64,000 bases of DNA from positions 11 to 64,010 of the forward strand of contig JAFVBA010000004.1 of assembly GCA_017480245.1 (NCBI GenBank), in the 5' to 3' direction. Position 1 is the first letter of the stretch; every line of letters begins with the position of its first letter. Below the pieces are notes generated by a model, which saw only the letters and a program-made list of their open reading frames with translations, was not told the DNA's origin and ran no database searches. This stretch comes from Bacteroidales bacterium. GTDB taxonomy: Bacteria > Bacteroidota > Bacteroidia > Bacteroidales > P3. Below, piece after piece: positions 18,351 through 28,716 of the stretch. The position numbers and the translations under genes were made by a program.

Positions 18351-20441
18351 TTATTGCCTGTTTGTTTGATTGACAGGGTATTCTATTCTTACGTGATAAA
18401 TACTTTGCAGTTTCTTTTTCAATAACTGTTTTATATTTTCCACGTCTGCAAAAGTAATATTGGCATTGGTAAATTGATTGTCTTGAATTTGTGCGTCAAT
18501 TATACCATCTACCAAGTTGGATATAGATTTTTCCGAATGTTCTTTCATACTTCTTGATGCAGCTTCCACACTATCCACTATCATAAGTACGGCTGTCTCT
18601 TTGGAAAACGGTTTCGGTCCGCCGTATGTGTATAAACTTGCATCAATATGTGAATTAGGGTGTTCGTTGCACTCTTTGTTGTAGAAATATTTAGTCTTTG
18701 AAGTACCGTGGTGAGTTCGTATGAAATCAATTATCGGCTCGGGTATCTTGTATCTGTGTGCCAATTTGATACCGTTAGTAACGTGCGAGATGATGACCTG
18801 TGCCGACTCCTCGTTTGTAAGTTCGTTATGAGGGTTTAGACCGGTGTTTTGATTTTCTATGAAATACATCGGCGTCATTAGCTTTCCTATATCGTGATAA
18901 AGGCTGCCTGCACGTACCAAAAGGGCATTGCCGCCTATTTCGTGAATCAAATCTTCGGCAATATTAGCAACCTGTATGCAGTGTTGGAATGTTCCCGGGG
19001 CTTTTACGGATAATTCTCTTAAGATTTTAGAATCCGTGTTGGAATATTCCATCAACGACATCTCACTGACTAAAGAGAATATTTTTTCAAGTACAAATAC
19101 TATCGGGAATGCAAACAATAGCATAATACCGTTAGCAGCAAAATAGATGAATCGGTAAATATCCAACTGCTTTAGGTTATTGTCTTGAATAAGTGTCATA
19201 GCCAAGTAGATAATTGAGTAAGTTGCAAAGACAATTACGGCAGTCTTGAAAAATTCCACGCGTTTTTCCAAATGCTCTACTGACAATATTGCCATCATTC
19301 CTGCAATCAGTTGATAGAATACGAATTCAAAACTATTGGGAACCGAAAAACCTATGATGATTATCGTAACCAAGAATACGTAAAGCGATACCTTGGTGTC
19401 AAAGAACGTTCTTACCAAAATAGGAGTAAGACACAGCGGAACGACATAAAGATATTTTTGATTGATATGCAAAACGCCTACCGTGATTCCGACCATCATC
19501 AAAATGATAAAGAATATCAATAGAATCTTTTTATTATTGAAGAAAATTTCTCTGTCAGTGTTGTAAATAAACAGCACCATTGCGCTCAGAGCTATTATAA
19601 TTAAAAGATACTGTCCTATAAGTGCCAGATTTTTTTCTGTATTGTCTTTATCGGAGTGCATTCCCTCGTATTCGCTTTTTAAAGATGAGAGAATTTGGTA
19701 CTTATCTGCGGTGATAATCTCGCCTTGCGCTATGATTTTTTGGTTCTTTAGTATCAAGCCTTTCGTTTTGGATATGTCATCTATTTGAGATGAGAGAATC
19801 TCATCAGTCTTTGTGCCGTTGAATATAATATTGGGTGAAATGACTTTAATAAGCAAATCCGCAATAGTGTTTCCGTCCTTGTCTGTTAAGGATTGATTTT
19901 TCTCAACGTTGTCATTGACAATTTTTTCTATGTCGGAGATATTGTAAAATTCCGCAATCTCATGCTCACCTGCCACATTATTATTGACAACAATGATACT
20001 GCGGTCGTAATTTTTCATATCGGCATAATCGGATATGATGCCGTGGCGGATAATGTTGTTAAGAATCTTGTCGGCAGTGGAAAGAAGTTTGTTTTTTTCG
20101 TTATCGGAAAGATTATTCTTCTCTGCATAAGAAGCAATCTTCTTGTCAAAATCTTCTTCCATCTTATTGTTGGCAGCATCGGAGTAATCAAAATAAAGAG
20201 TCTTGTTTGCAGTGATTTCATTCTTCTCTTCCGCAATTTCTTTTTCGGTTTTTTGGATAGCGAAATCAAAAGGTGCTTCCAGCGTTTCGTGTTTCCAATA
20301 ATGCCCTTGCTGAAATTCATATTTGAATGAAGATTTTGTCGGCGTGATAAGCACAATTATTGCCGCAGCGACTAAAACCTGCAAAATACGGTTGGCTCTT
20401 AGAAGGTAATATTGTTTAGTGTAATCGGTAAATGGTTTCAT
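18351..20441 (-). CDS. 7TM-HD (HDIG) membrane phosphohydrolase, PgpH-like
   Basis: N-terminal extracellular domain, 7 TM segments, and a C-terminal HD domain (LYHDIGK). Confidence 0.8.
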   Translation of the reverse strand: MKPFTDYTKQYYLLRANRILQVLVAAAIIVLITPTKSSFKYEFQQGHYWKHETLEAPFDFAIQKTEKEIAEEKNEITANKTLYFDYSDAANNKMEEDFDKKIASYAEKNNLSDNEKNKLLSTADKILNNIIRHGIISDYADMKNYDRSIIVVNNNVAGEHEIAEFYNISDIEKIVNDNVEKNQSLTDKDGNTIADLLIKVISPNIIFNGTKTDEILSSQIDDISKTKGLILKNQKIIAQGEIITADKYQILSSLKSEYEGMHSDKDNTEKNLALIGQYLLIIIALSAMVLFIYNTDREIFFNNKKILLIFFIILMMVGITVGVLHINQKYLYVVPLCLTPILVRTFFDTKVSLYVFLVTIIIIGFSVPNSFEFVFYQLIAGMMAILSVEHLEKRVEFFKTAVIVFATYSIIYLAMTLIQDNNLKQLDIYRFIYFAANGIMLLFAFPIVFVLEKIFSLVSEMSLMEYSNTDSKILRELSVKAPGTFQHCIQVANIAEDLIHEIGGNALLVRAGSLYHDIGKLMTPMYFIENQNTGLNPHNELTNEESAQVIISHVTNGIKLAHRYKIPEPIIDFIRTHHGTSKTKYFYNKECNEHPNSHIDASLYTYGGPKPFSKETAVLMIVDSVEAASRSMKEHSEKSISNLVDGIIDAQIQDNQFTNANITFADVENIKQLLKKKLQSIYHVRIEYPVNQTNRQ

Positions 20442-20454
20442 AATAATATTGTTT

Positions 20455-21204
20455 TTATTTTTCTTTAATCTTTTTTGTCAATGCACTACAGAAAATAAAG
20501 TCATTAAGTTCTTTATTGTCCGTTTCCAAGACGTTTTCGTGGTTGCCCTGCCAATGCAATCTGCCTTCGTGAATGTAAATAATGTTTTCGCCGATTTCCA
20601 TTACGGAGTTCATGTCGTGTGTATTGACAATGGTAGTCATATTGAACTCTTTGGTCAAATCCATTATCAATTTGTCAATAAGAATTGAGGTTTGAGGGTC
20701 AAGACCTGAGTTCGGCTCGTCGCAAAATAAGTATTTAGGTTGTGCGGATATGGCTCTTGCTATGGCAACTCTTTTCCTCATTCCGCCCGACAGTTGAGAG
20801 GGGAACATCTGGTTAATACCTTTCAAATTAACTCTTTCTAAACAGTAATTAACTCTGTCAATACGGGCTTTGCGGCGCATATTGGAAAACATACGCAAAG
20901 GAAACATTATGTTTTCTTCTACTGTCATGGAATCAAAAAGCGCTCCCTCTTGAAAGATAAAGCCAATATCTTTTCTTACATCAATTTTCTGTTCTCTGGA
21001 CATAGTTGCCAGTACTCTGTCGTCGTAAGAAATAAAACCTTCTTCGGGAGTATATAAACCGGCTATACTTCTCATCAAAACAGTTTTGCCGCTTCCCGAT
21101 TTACCTATAATAAGATTGCATTTGCCAGGGAGAAACTCCGTGGTTATATCTTTTAAAACCTGTCTGCCTTGAAAATATTTTGAAACATGGGATACTTTTA
21201 TCAT
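20455..21204 (-). CDS. mlaF: ABC transporter ATP-binding protein (MlaF-like)
   Basis: Walker A GKSGSGKT, signature LSGGMRKR, Walker B LFCDEP. Confidence 0.8.
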   Translation of the reverse strand: MIKVSHVSKYFQGRQVLKDITTEFLPGKCNLIIGKSGSGKTVLMRSIAGLYTPEEGFISYDDRVLATMSREQKIDVRKDIGFIFQEGALFDSMTVEENIMFPLRMFSNMRRKARIDRVNYCLERVNLKGINQMFPSQLSGGMRKRVAIARAISAQPKYLFCDEPNSGLDPQTSILIDKLIMDLTKEFNMTTIVNTHDMNSVMEIGENIIYIHEGRLHWQGNHENVLETDNKELNDFIFCSALTKKIKEK

Positions 21205-21263
21205 AATACAATCTTAATTATAAATAATTGATTCATAACTTAATGTACTAACATGGAAATTCC

Positions 21264-21354
21264 TTGAAAAAAGGTGGCGTTTTACGAAATTGTTTTCAGA
21301 AAACATTTTACTCTTTTCAGAAAAGAATTTACTGATTCGGCACTTTATTTCAGT
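21264..21354. repeat. Repeat family A copy lying between mlaE and mlaF
   Basis: The right arm CGGCACTTTATTTCAG is intact. The left arm is degenerate (AAGGTGGCG). Confidence 0.75.
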
Positions 21355-21398
21355 GAAAAAACATCTTACTTTTATATGTTCAAAAAAGGCAGTCATCA

Positions 21399-22148
21399 TT
21401 AGTTGAAAAGTTCGGTTATAAGTATATTGAAAATCATTATCACAATGGAACTCTGCACTACGGCTTTGGTTGATTGTTGTCCTACTTCAACACTTCCTCC
21501 TTTGATGGTATATCCTCTATAGCAGGAGATAGTTGAGATTATCAAAGCGTTGATTATTATTTTTACCATTGCATACCACAAATCCCCTAAGCCGAATTCC
21601 AAACGCAATCCCTCTACATAATCAAACAATGTAAGATTTCCCAACAACAAACCGCCTAAATAACCTCCGATAAGTGAGATAAAAATACTCTGAATTGCCA
21701 ACAAAGGAAAGAAAACTACGCACGCAATGATTTTAGGCATAATAAGATACGAAGCAGTATTGACACCCATAACCTCCAAGGCGTCTATCTGTTCGGTAAT
21801 ACGCTGAGTACCGATTTCAGATGCAATCTTGGAAGCACATTTTCCTGCCAAAATAAGCGAAATAATAGTAGGGGAGAACTCAAGCATCATAGCCTTTCGG
21901 GAAACAAAGCCGTAAATCCATTTAGGATACATAGGATTTTCCAGATTCAATAAAATCTGCATCACAACCGCTGCTCCGACAAAAATACTTATAACGGAAA
22001 CTATCATAATTGAATCCACGCCCAATTCTTTCATCTCAAAGATAATACGCCTTAAGAAGACCTTATGGTTTTGAGGCCTTTTGAAAGCATCTTTCATCAA
22101 CACAAGATACTCTCCGAATGCTTTTATGAAATTTATTAACGTTTTCAA
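21399..22148 (-). CDS. mlaE: MlaE-family ABC transporter permease
   Basis: 249-aa polytopic membrane protein with typical MlaE size, next to an MlaF-like ATPase. Confidence 0.75.
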   Translation of the reverse strand: MKTLINFIKAFGEYLVLMKDAFKRPQNHKVFLRRIIFEMKELGVDSIMIVSVISIFVGAAVVMQILLNLENPMYPKWIYGFVSRKAMMLEFSPTIISLILAGKCASKIASEIGTQRITEQIDALEVMGVNTASYLIMPKIIACVVFFPLLAIQSIFISLIGGYLGGLLLGNLTLFDYVEGLRLEFGLGDLWYAMVKIIINALIISTISCYRGYTIKGGSVEVGQQSTKAVVQSSIVIMIFNILITELFN

Positions 22149-22162
22149 ATTCTCAGTTTCCT

Positions 22163-24721
22163 TTATACTATTTCAAATTTCAATTCCTTTGTCTTGCCTT
22201 GTGATATTTTTATATTGATTTGCTTTTTCTGCGTGCCGTGATTTGCTAACAATAACTCACTAAGCGGGTCTTCTATTGCTTTTTGGATGGAGCGTTTGAT
22301 AGGTCTTGCTCCGAATTGACGGTTATCGTCCATATCCAAAATAAATTGCTTAGCCCCTTTGGTAATATTAATATTGTAGCCCAATTCTTCAACTCTTAAG
22401 CGCAAATAATTCAATTCCAAATCAACGATATTCAATAAGTTGTCGTTGTTGAGTGCATTGAAAAATACAATATCATCAATACGGTTCAGAAATTCAGGAG
22501 CAAATGTTTTCTGAATGTCTTTGTCTATAACGCTTTGCTCCAATTCTTGAGAGTTTTCCTCTCTTATTGAAGTAGAAAAGCCAACGCCTGTTCCGAAATC
22601 CTGCAACGTGCGGCTGCCGACGTTAGATGTCATAATGATTATTGTGTTTTTGAAATCAACGGTACGTCCCATTGAATCGGTAAGCCTTCCTTCGTCAAGG
22701 ATTTGCAACAAGATATTAAAGACGTCTTTATGTGCTTTTTCTATTTCGTCAAACAACACGATGGAATAAGGATGCAATCTCACCTGTTCGGTCAATTGGC
22801 CGCTTTCTTCGTAACCTACATAACCAGGAGCGGAACCTATCAAACGGGAAACGTTGAATTTCTCCATATATTCGCTCATATCTATTCTAATTATGTTGTC
22901 TTTTGAACCGAATAGGAAATCTGCCAAAGTTTTTGCCAAATACGTTTTACCAACTCCCGTAGGTCCTACAAAGATAAACGAACCTATCGGACGGTTAGGG
23001 TCTTTCAATCCCGTTCTTGCTCTTCTTACCGCCTTGCAAATAGTTGTTACGGCATTGTCTTGACCGATAACTTTGCCTTTAATTACTTTATCCATATCCA
23101 AAAGACGTTTGCTTTCATCCTTGTCAGTCTTCTGTACGGTGATTCCTGTCATTGAGGAGATAACATTAGCAATATCGTCCTCAGTTACCACAACAGGATT
23201 TTCTTGTAAGGATTCCTCCCAATGTTTCTTAGCAAGGTAATAAGAATCCTGCAGTGCAGCAATACGGTTCTTGATAACGTTTGCCTGTTCGTACTGTTGG
23301 TTCTTTACATATTTGTTTTTCTCTTTCTGAGCTGCCTCTATATTCTTTTGAATCTCGCTCATATCCTCCGGAAGAGAGATGTTTTTTACATGACTTCTCG
23401 CTCCGGCTTCATCAAGAGCGTCAATGGCTTTGTCAGGTAAGAAACGCTCGTTCATATACCGGTCTGTAAGTTTTACACAAGCCTTAATAGCATCGTCAGA
23501 ATACTTAACCTTGTGATAACTTTCGTAATAACCTTTTATATTGTGGAGAATTTCAATTGTTTGCTCCACCGTAGTAGGTTCAATCTGCACTTTCTGGAAA
23601 CGTCTTTCCAATGCAGAATCGCTTTCAAAGTATTTGCGGTACTCACTTACGGTTGTAGCACCGATACATTGGATTTCACCTCTTGCAAGTGCAGGTTTGA
23701 AAATATTAGATGCGTCCAAACCGCCCTCAGCATTCCCCGCACCAATCATAGTGTGGATTTCGTCAATGAAAAGTATCAAGTCAGGATTTTTTTGCAGCTC
23801 GGTAATCAAGCCTTTCAAACGTTCCTCAAACTGACCTCTGTATTTAGTTCCTGCAACTACCGAAGCCAAATCCAAAGTAAAGATTCTTTTGTTTTGAAGT
23901 GTGTAAGGAACTTTCTTTTTAGCGATATGAATGGCAAGACCTTCCGCGATAGCACTTTTACCTACCCCCGCTTCACCGACAAGTATAGGATTGTTCTTTT
24001 TTCTGCGGGAAAGAATTTGTGCAACTCTCTCAATAATGTCTTCCCTTCCTACAACAGGGTCTAATTCTCCCTTTTCGGCAGCCAAAGACAAATCTTTACC
24101 GAAATTATCCAAGTAACGGGTAGTACTTTCTTCCTCATTATTGTCTTCTTGTCTTTCTCTGACAGCGGAATGCAGAGGACCGATGGCTGCAATACTCATT
24201 CCGGAGAGAGTTTCCAACATATCGGGGTCGTCTCCCTGCATAAAAATCTCAATACTTGTACTTATTTTAGGAGAATCGGAAGATTGGGTGTCAAAATCCC
24301 TTACATTATCTATATTAACAGTGTTTTCAATTAATAAATCCCTTATACTGTTGCCTTGTTCCAGCCTAAGAATACCTGCAAGTATGTTGGCTGTATTTAC
24401 TTTGGACTGATGCTTACTCAGAGATTCCAAAAAAGCTAATTGCAATACCCTTGCGGCATTTGTACTCAACGGAGTAGCACCGCTGTTGGGTACAACATTG
24501 GAAGCAAACTTCTCATTTTTGATTAGATTTTCCACTTTATCCTTAAAAGAAGACAAATCATCGACATATTTACTGATAATTTGATTTGCCCGACAGGATT
24601 TTATTCTGAGCATTCCTAAAATCAAATGCCCCGTATCAACAACAGGACTTTGCAACCGTGATGCCTCGTTAGTAGCATTGGTTATTACTTCTTTGGCATT
24701 ATCCGTGAAATTATTATTCAT
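22163..24721 (-). CDS. clpC: ATP-dependent Clp protease ATP-binding subunit (ClpC/ClpA-type, two AAA+ modules)
   Basis: Clp_N repeats. Two Walker A sites (GEAGVGKS, GPTGVGKT). Confidence 0.85.
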   Translation of the reverse strand: MNNNFTDNAKEVITNATNEASRLQSPVVDTGHLILGMLRIKSCRANQIISKYVDDLSSFKDKVENLIKNEKFASNVVPNSGATPLSTNAARVLQLAFLESLSKHQSKVNTANILAGILRLEQGNSIRDLLIENTVNIDNVRDFDTQSSDSPKISTSIEIFMQGDDPDMLETLSGMSIAAIGPLHSAVRERQEDNNEEESTTRYLDNFGKDLSLAAEKGELDPVVGREDIIERVAQILSRRKKNNPILVGEAGVGKSAIAEGLAIHIAKKKVPYTLQNKRIFTLDLASVVAGTKYRGQFEERLKGLITELQKNPDLILFIDEIHTMIGAGNAEGGLDASNIFKPALARGEIQCIGATTVSEYRKYFESDSALERRFQKVQIEPTTVEQTIEILHNIKGYYESYHKVKYSDDAIKACVKLTDRYMNERFLPDKAIDALDEAGARSHVKNISLPEDMSEIQKNIEAAQKEKNKYVKNQQYEQANVIKNRIAALQDSYYLAKKHWEESLQENPVVVTEDDIANVISSMTGITVQKTDKDESKRLLDMDKVIKGKVIGQDNAVTTICKAVRRARTGLKDPNRPIGSFIFVGPTGVGKTYLAKTLADFLFGSKDNIIRIDMSEYMEKFNVSRLIGSAPGYVGYEESGQLTEQVRLHPYSIVLFDEIEKAHKDVFNILLQILDEGRLTDSMGRTVDFKNTIIIMTSNVGSRTLQDFGTGVGFSTSIREENSQELEQSVIDKDIQKTFAPEFLNRIDDIVFFNALNNDNLLNIVDLELNYLRLRVEELGYNINITKGAKQFILDMDDNRQFGARPIKRSIQKAIEDPLSELLLANHGTQKKQINIKISQGKTKELKFEIV

Positions 24722-24766
24722 AAGTTTTATTTCAGTAATTTTTTAAGTTAAAATTAAATAATCGTG

Positions 24767-24774
24767 CAAAAATA
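24767..24774 (-). promoter_or_regulatory. -7 box (TATTTTTG on the minus strand) for clpC
   Basis: The plus strand reads CAAAAATA, about 45 nt upstream of the start. Confidence 0.5.
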
Positions 24775-24836
24775 CAAAATTACTTAAATATATTATCCTA
24801 ATATTTCATTTTAGTTTTCAACAATCAAATGTGGTA

Positions 24837-25709
24837 TTACTCACACATCACAAACAAATCATCTCTTTGGTTAAGAAAAAGTACAGGTACGGATTCAAGT
24901 TTTTGAAGTACCATTCTTTCCGGCAAACCTGAGAAGAACTCAATATAACTCTTGTTTTTGGTAGTTTGGAATATACATATATCACAATTATTCCTCTCTG
25001 CATAATCCAAAGCCTGCACGTCAAGTTTCGTTTTCCTGTCCAAAGAATGTACGTTTAAGGTTTCAATGGAGAATTTGCGGAACATTTTTCTTAAAAATCC
25101 AATGTTAAGATTCAATTGCCGCTGAAGGTATTCGTCTCTGTAGCGATGGTAATAAATATGAGTAACACTGTGGGCAAATCTTCCGAAATAAGAAGCCCAA
25201 AGTATCTTTTCTTTACATTCTTTCATTGCATTCATCGACAGAACCGTATTTTTAAAACAATTATCTACCTTGTAGTCATTAAAAACGAAGTAAGCAATAC
25301 GCGAAGTATAGAAATCCTTTATTATATTATTATAATGTATAGGATTTGTCTTGTCTGCGCTTTTGTCAGATTTGGTAACAATCATCACACCGTTGAGTAA
25401 ATCTCCCAAAGTGTTGATAATATCCTTGGTTTTTCCGTTCAAAGCAGCGTAAGAATGAATGTAAGGCAAATTTAAAGCGTCATTGATTTGTTTTAATCTC
25501 TCTTGCGCCTGAGCAGTTGTTACCTGAGTGTATTTAGTATCGGAAATATGCAAGAGAATCAACCCTTTATTCAACAGAGTACAGAATTTTTTGCTCCAAT
25601 CTATTACTTCATTACAATCCTCTAAGTTTGTAATGTACGCAATTACGAATTGGTCGCGGTATTCTCCCTTTTTGTACTTGTGCATTATATTTGCGATTTT
25701 TTTCTCCAC
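24837..25709 (-). CDS. Hypothetical protein (possibly a tandem USP-like fold)
   Basis: 290-aa ORF immediately downstream of the rhomboid gene. An alternative ATG at 25685 overlaps the rhomboid stop by 1 nt. Confidence 0.6.
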   Translation of the reverse strand: MEKKIANIMHKYKKGEYRDQFVIAYITNLEDCNEVIDWSKKFCTLLNKGLILLHISDTKYTQVTTAQAQERLKQINDALNLPYIHSYAALNGKTKDIINTLGDLLNGVMIVTKSDKSADKTNPIHYNNIIKDFYTSRIAYFVFNDYKVDNCFKNTVLSMNAMKECKEKILWASYFGRFAHSVTHIYYHRYRDEYLQRQLNLNIGFLRKMFRKFSIETLNVHSLDRKTKLDVQALDYAERNNCDICIFQTTKNKSYIEFFSGLPERMVLQKLESVPVLFLNQRDDLFVMCE

Positions 25710-26386
25710 ATCAACACCAAAAACAATCCTGCCAAAGCTCCGCCTAAATGGGCAAAGTGGGCAACGCCGTCAGAAGTGGTGAATACGCCGTTGAATAACT
25801 CCACTGCGCAATAGCCGATTACGAACCATTTGCACTTAATCGGTACAAGGAAATAAAGATATATGTATTCATTTGGGAACATCATTCCGAAAGCAAGCAA
25901 CAATCCGAAACATATTCCCGAAGCTCCGATAGTGTTAAGAGTATTCAAATATTGATCTACGCTTATAACTCTTTCGTTATTGATATTCACTCCTGTATAA
26001 TTGCCGAAAATCAAATCATAATGCATAAAGAAATAAGTCAATTCCTGCATTAGTGCCGCACCGAGAGCAGTTACCAAACAGTAAATAAGAAACCGCTTAC
26101 TGCCCCATAGATTCTCTATCGTGTATCCGAACATCCACACGGCAAACATATTAAAAAACAGATGAGAGAAACTTCCGTGGAAGAAAGCATAAGTAACAAG
26201 TTGCCAAATATGGAATTTACTTGCTCCGAACCAGTGCAGACCGAATGCATTTGTCAAATCAATGCCGCGCAATTGCAAAACCTCGGTTAAGAAATACAAA
26301 AGAACATTGATAATCAACAAATTCTTGCAAACGGGAGGCAAAATATTGAACCGTTGCGGCGAGTAATTATAATCTTGTCCGTACAT
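25685..26386 (-). CDS. Rhomboid family intramembrane serine protease
   Basis: GASG catalytic Ser motif (GASGICFG) and a downstream AHLGG His motif. Multiple TM segments. Confidence 0.8.
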   Translation of the reverse strand: MYGQDYNYSPQRFNILPPVCKNLLIINVLLYFLTEVLQLRGIDLTNAFGLHWFGASKFHIWQLVTYAFFHGSFSHLFFNMFAVWMFGYTIENLWGSKRFLIYCLVTALGAALMQELTYFFMHYDLIFGNYTGVNINNERVISVDQYLNTLNTIGASGICFGLLLAFGMMFPNEYIYLYFLVPIKCKWFVIGYCAVELFNGVFTTSDGVAHFAHLGGALAGLFLVLMWRKKSQI

Positions 26387-26414
26387 ATAAATATTGTATT
26401 AAAAATTCAGTGTG

Positions 26415-26422
26415 CAAAGATA
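26415..26422 (-). promoter_or_regulatory. -7 box (TATCTTTG on the minus strand) for the rhomboid operon
   Basis: The plus strand reads CAAAGATA. Confidence 0.5.
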
Positions 26423-26512
26423 CGAAAGATTGTACAAAAATCTTGAAAAATTGTGAAAAAGTGTAAATATATTTTTGCTTTACTTTGTAAAAATTCAGCT
26501 TTTCGTCATATT

Positions 26513-26626
26513 CTCTCTGCCTTTTGCGAAAATAATTTGAAAAAAACTCTTTTTTTATCTCAAAAAAACAGTTTTTTTACTACAAAAAAAGAGTTTTTTT
26601 CAAAATGAATTGCGAAAGGGCGGAGA
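26513..26626. repeat. Repeat family B copy (A-tract/T-tract palindrome with GCGAAAGGGCGG-type ends)
   Basis: CTCTGCCTTTTGCGAAAATAATTTGAAAAAAACTCTTTTTTT ... AAAAAAAGAGTTTTTTTCAAAATGAATTGCGAAAGGGCGGAG. Confidence 0.7.
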
Positions 26627-26781
26627 TTAAGTCCATAAAAGCACTATTTAAAAGAAAAAAGGCAGCAATAAAATTAAACATTATTCTAAGTTTTAGTATC
26701 TTTGTTTGTCTAAAAACTGAAATTATTACACTGAAATGAAAAGTTTTTGTTCTGAACAGCATTTAAAACAAAATTTTTTAC

Positions 26782-26789
26782 TACCTTTG
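26782..26789 (+). promoter_or_regulatory. -7 box TACCTTTG for nusB
   Basis: TAnnTTTG match 33 nt upstream of the ATG. Confidence 0.5.
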
Positions 26790-26821
26790 CAACTTGAAAT
26801 AACATAAAAGAAGTTTGATTA

Positions 26822-27847
26822 ATGGTAAACAGACATTTTTTACGTCAGAAAGTATTGCAATCTTTGTATGCATACTATATTGGTGAGGCAGAAAGTATAG
26901 AAAAACAGGAAAAGTTTCTGTATGATAACATCTACAAACTCTATGAACTTGAAATAAATCTTTTAGCTGCCGTTTTGGAGATGCGGGATTTGGAAGAGGC
27001 AAGGATAGAAGAAGCAAAAAATAAGTTTTATCCTACAGAGGAAGAAAGAAATCCTAATCTGCGTTTTGTAAATAACATATACCTGCAAAAACTTGCCGCA
27101 AATGAAGAATTAAAAAAGGCAATGAATAATCTGCATGTTAATTTCTCTTTAATAACTGACGTCCTTAGGTCTTTGATGAGTAAATTCCGTCAAAGCGAAC
27201 ATTATATTGAATACATGAAAAAGGAGGAAGTAACTTATGAAGAGGAAAGAAAAATCATTGTTCGCTTATTTAAGAATTACATTATCAGAAGTGAGAATCT
27301 TTTTGAATTGATTTGTGAAAAGGGATTCACTTGGGAGTGTGATTATGAGTATGTTTGTCAGGTTACATTGCAGTTTTTGAAGATTTGGGCGGAAGATGAA
27401 AGCACTCAAAAACCGCTTCCTTATCCTTTTGACAAATCTGAAGAAGGTGCGGCGGAAAATGACAGAGAATTTACCCGTAATCTGTTCCGCAATACTATCA
27501 ATCACGCAGACGAATACGAAGAATATATCAACAAACGCTCTCAGAATTGGGACAGAGAACGTTTGGCTTATATTGATGTGTTAATTATCAAGATGGCTAT
27601 GAGTGAATTTATCTATTGTCCTACGATTCCTTTGCGTGTTACTTTGAATGAATATATAGAATTGGCAAAAGAATTTTCTACGGACAAGAGCCGTTTGTTT
27701 GTCAATGGAGTTTTAGACCGTATTATTACTGATTTGCGTATTGACAATAAGATATACAAGGACGAAGACGAAGAACTTTTATATTTTGAGACAATAGAAG
27801 GCGGTCAAGAGAGTTATTCACATTTTCATGCTCAGTTAAGACAATGA
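26822..27847 (+). CDS. nusB: Transcription antitermination factor NusB (long Bacteroidota form)
   Basis: N-terminal NRHFLRQKVLQSLY and a C-terminal NusB fold (LFVNGVLD). Sits in the nusB-DUF1573-yajC context. Confidence 0.75.
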   Translation: MVNRHFLRQKVLQSLYAYYIGEAESIEKQEKFLYDNIYKLYELEINLLAAVLEMRDLEEARIEEAKNKFYPTEEERNPNLRFVNNIYLQKLAANEELKKAMNNLHVNFSLITDVLRSLMSKFRQSEHYIEYMKKEEVTYEEERKIIVRLFKNYIIRSENLFELICEKGFTWECDYEYVCQVTLQFLKIWAEDESTQKPLPYPFDKSEEGAAENDREFTRNLFRNTINHADEYEEYINKRSQNWDRERLAYIDVLIIKMAMSEFIYCPTIPLRVTLNEYIELAKEFSTDKSRLFVNGVLDRIITDLRIDNKIYKDEDEELLYFETIEGGQESYSHFHAQLRQ

Positions 27848-28260
27848 AAAAAGCAATAATTATTTCAGCTTTTGCGCTGTTTGGGGTAGTATTTAGCAGT
27901 TGCAATAATAAGAATTCAGAAGATATTAATCTGAATGTTGTAGAAAATCAAGCAGCAATCAAATTTGATAACGACGTTTTGGATTTCCATACCATAAATG
28001 ACGGAGAGAAGGTAACGGGGAGCTTTAAATTCAAAAACACTGGCAAATATGATTTGGTTATTTCCGATGTCAGTGCCAATTGTGGCTGTACTGTTGCCGA
28101 TTATCCTCACGGTGCGGTAAAACCGGGTGAAGAAGGTTTGATATCTGTTACATACGACTCAAAGGGTTCAAGAGGTATGAAAGTACAAAAACTTGTTACT
28201 GTTCTGTCTAATACAAACCCGCCGAGAACTGTACTTAAGATTATGGCAGATGTGAGATAA
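27844..28260 (+). CDS. DUF1573 domain lipoprotein
   Basis: Lipobox FSSC and the NCGCT motif typical of DUF1573. Confidence 0.75.
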   Translation: MKKAIIISAFALFGVVFSSCNNKNSEDINLNVVENQAAIKFDNDVLDFHTINDGEKVTGSFKFKNTGKYDLVISDVSANCGCTVADYPHGAVKPGEEGLISVTYDSKGSRGMKVQKLVTVLSNTNPPRTVLKIMADVR

Positions 28261-28265
28261 AGGTT

Positions 28266-28330
28266 TTAGAGTTTATGGTTTAAAGTTTAGAGTTTATGGT
28301 TTAGTGCTTAGAGTTGAGGGTTTAGTTATT
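28266..28330. repeat. Three tandem ~21-bp repeats (TTAGAGTTTATGGTTTA-like)
   Basis: TTAGAGTTTATGGTTTAAAG / TTTAGAGTTTATGGTTTAGTGC / TTAGAGTTGAGGGTTTAGTT. Confidence 0.7.
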
Positions 28331-28377
28331 TGAGTTTTTGAAAGAGATAAATAATAACAAATAAAAAATTAGTGAAT

Positions 28378-28716
28378 ATGAACTTTTTAAATGTAATGTT
28401 GATGGCCGGCGGAGCAAACGGACAATCCGCAAACGGAGGTGGCTCAGGGCTTGTAATGATTCTGCTAATCATTGTAATCTTTTACTTCTTTATGATTCGT
28501 CCGCAGTCAAAACGTCAGAAGGAAGAGAAGAAATTCCGTGAGCAATTGGAAAAAGGACAACAAGTGATGACCATCGGCGGTTTGCACGGCAAGATTAAAG
28601 AAGTCAAAGATACAACTGTTATGTTGGAAATTGCACATGACGTTGTTATTGAGATGGAAAAATCTTCCATTGCTATGAATGCAATCAACAACACCGCAGC
28701 TCAGGACAAGAAATAG
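28378..28716 (+). CDS. yajC: Preprotein translocase subunit YajC
   Basis: FFMIRPQSKRQKE...GGLHGKI. I prefer the ATG at 28378 over the GTG at 28372. Confidence 0.85.
   Translation: MNFLNVMLMAGGANGQSANGGGSGLVMILLIIVIFYFFMIRPQSKRQKEEKKFREQLEKGQQVMTIGGLHGKIKEVKDTTVMLEIAHDVVIEMEKSSIAMNAINNTAAQDKK

Noticed and set aside
23513-24064. 183-aa plus-strand ORF, and several similar ORFs at 22703-24410, lying inside clpC
   Set aside because: They are antisense to a strongly recognisable Clp ATPase gene and have no motifs of their own. The same reasoning applies to antisense ORFs inside kamD/kamE (5849-7877), the HD protein (19311-20356), dcp (47203-49032), gyrA (57603-59688), the helicase (61934-63474), the propeller lipoprotein (40050-40605), recN (14741-15613) and others.
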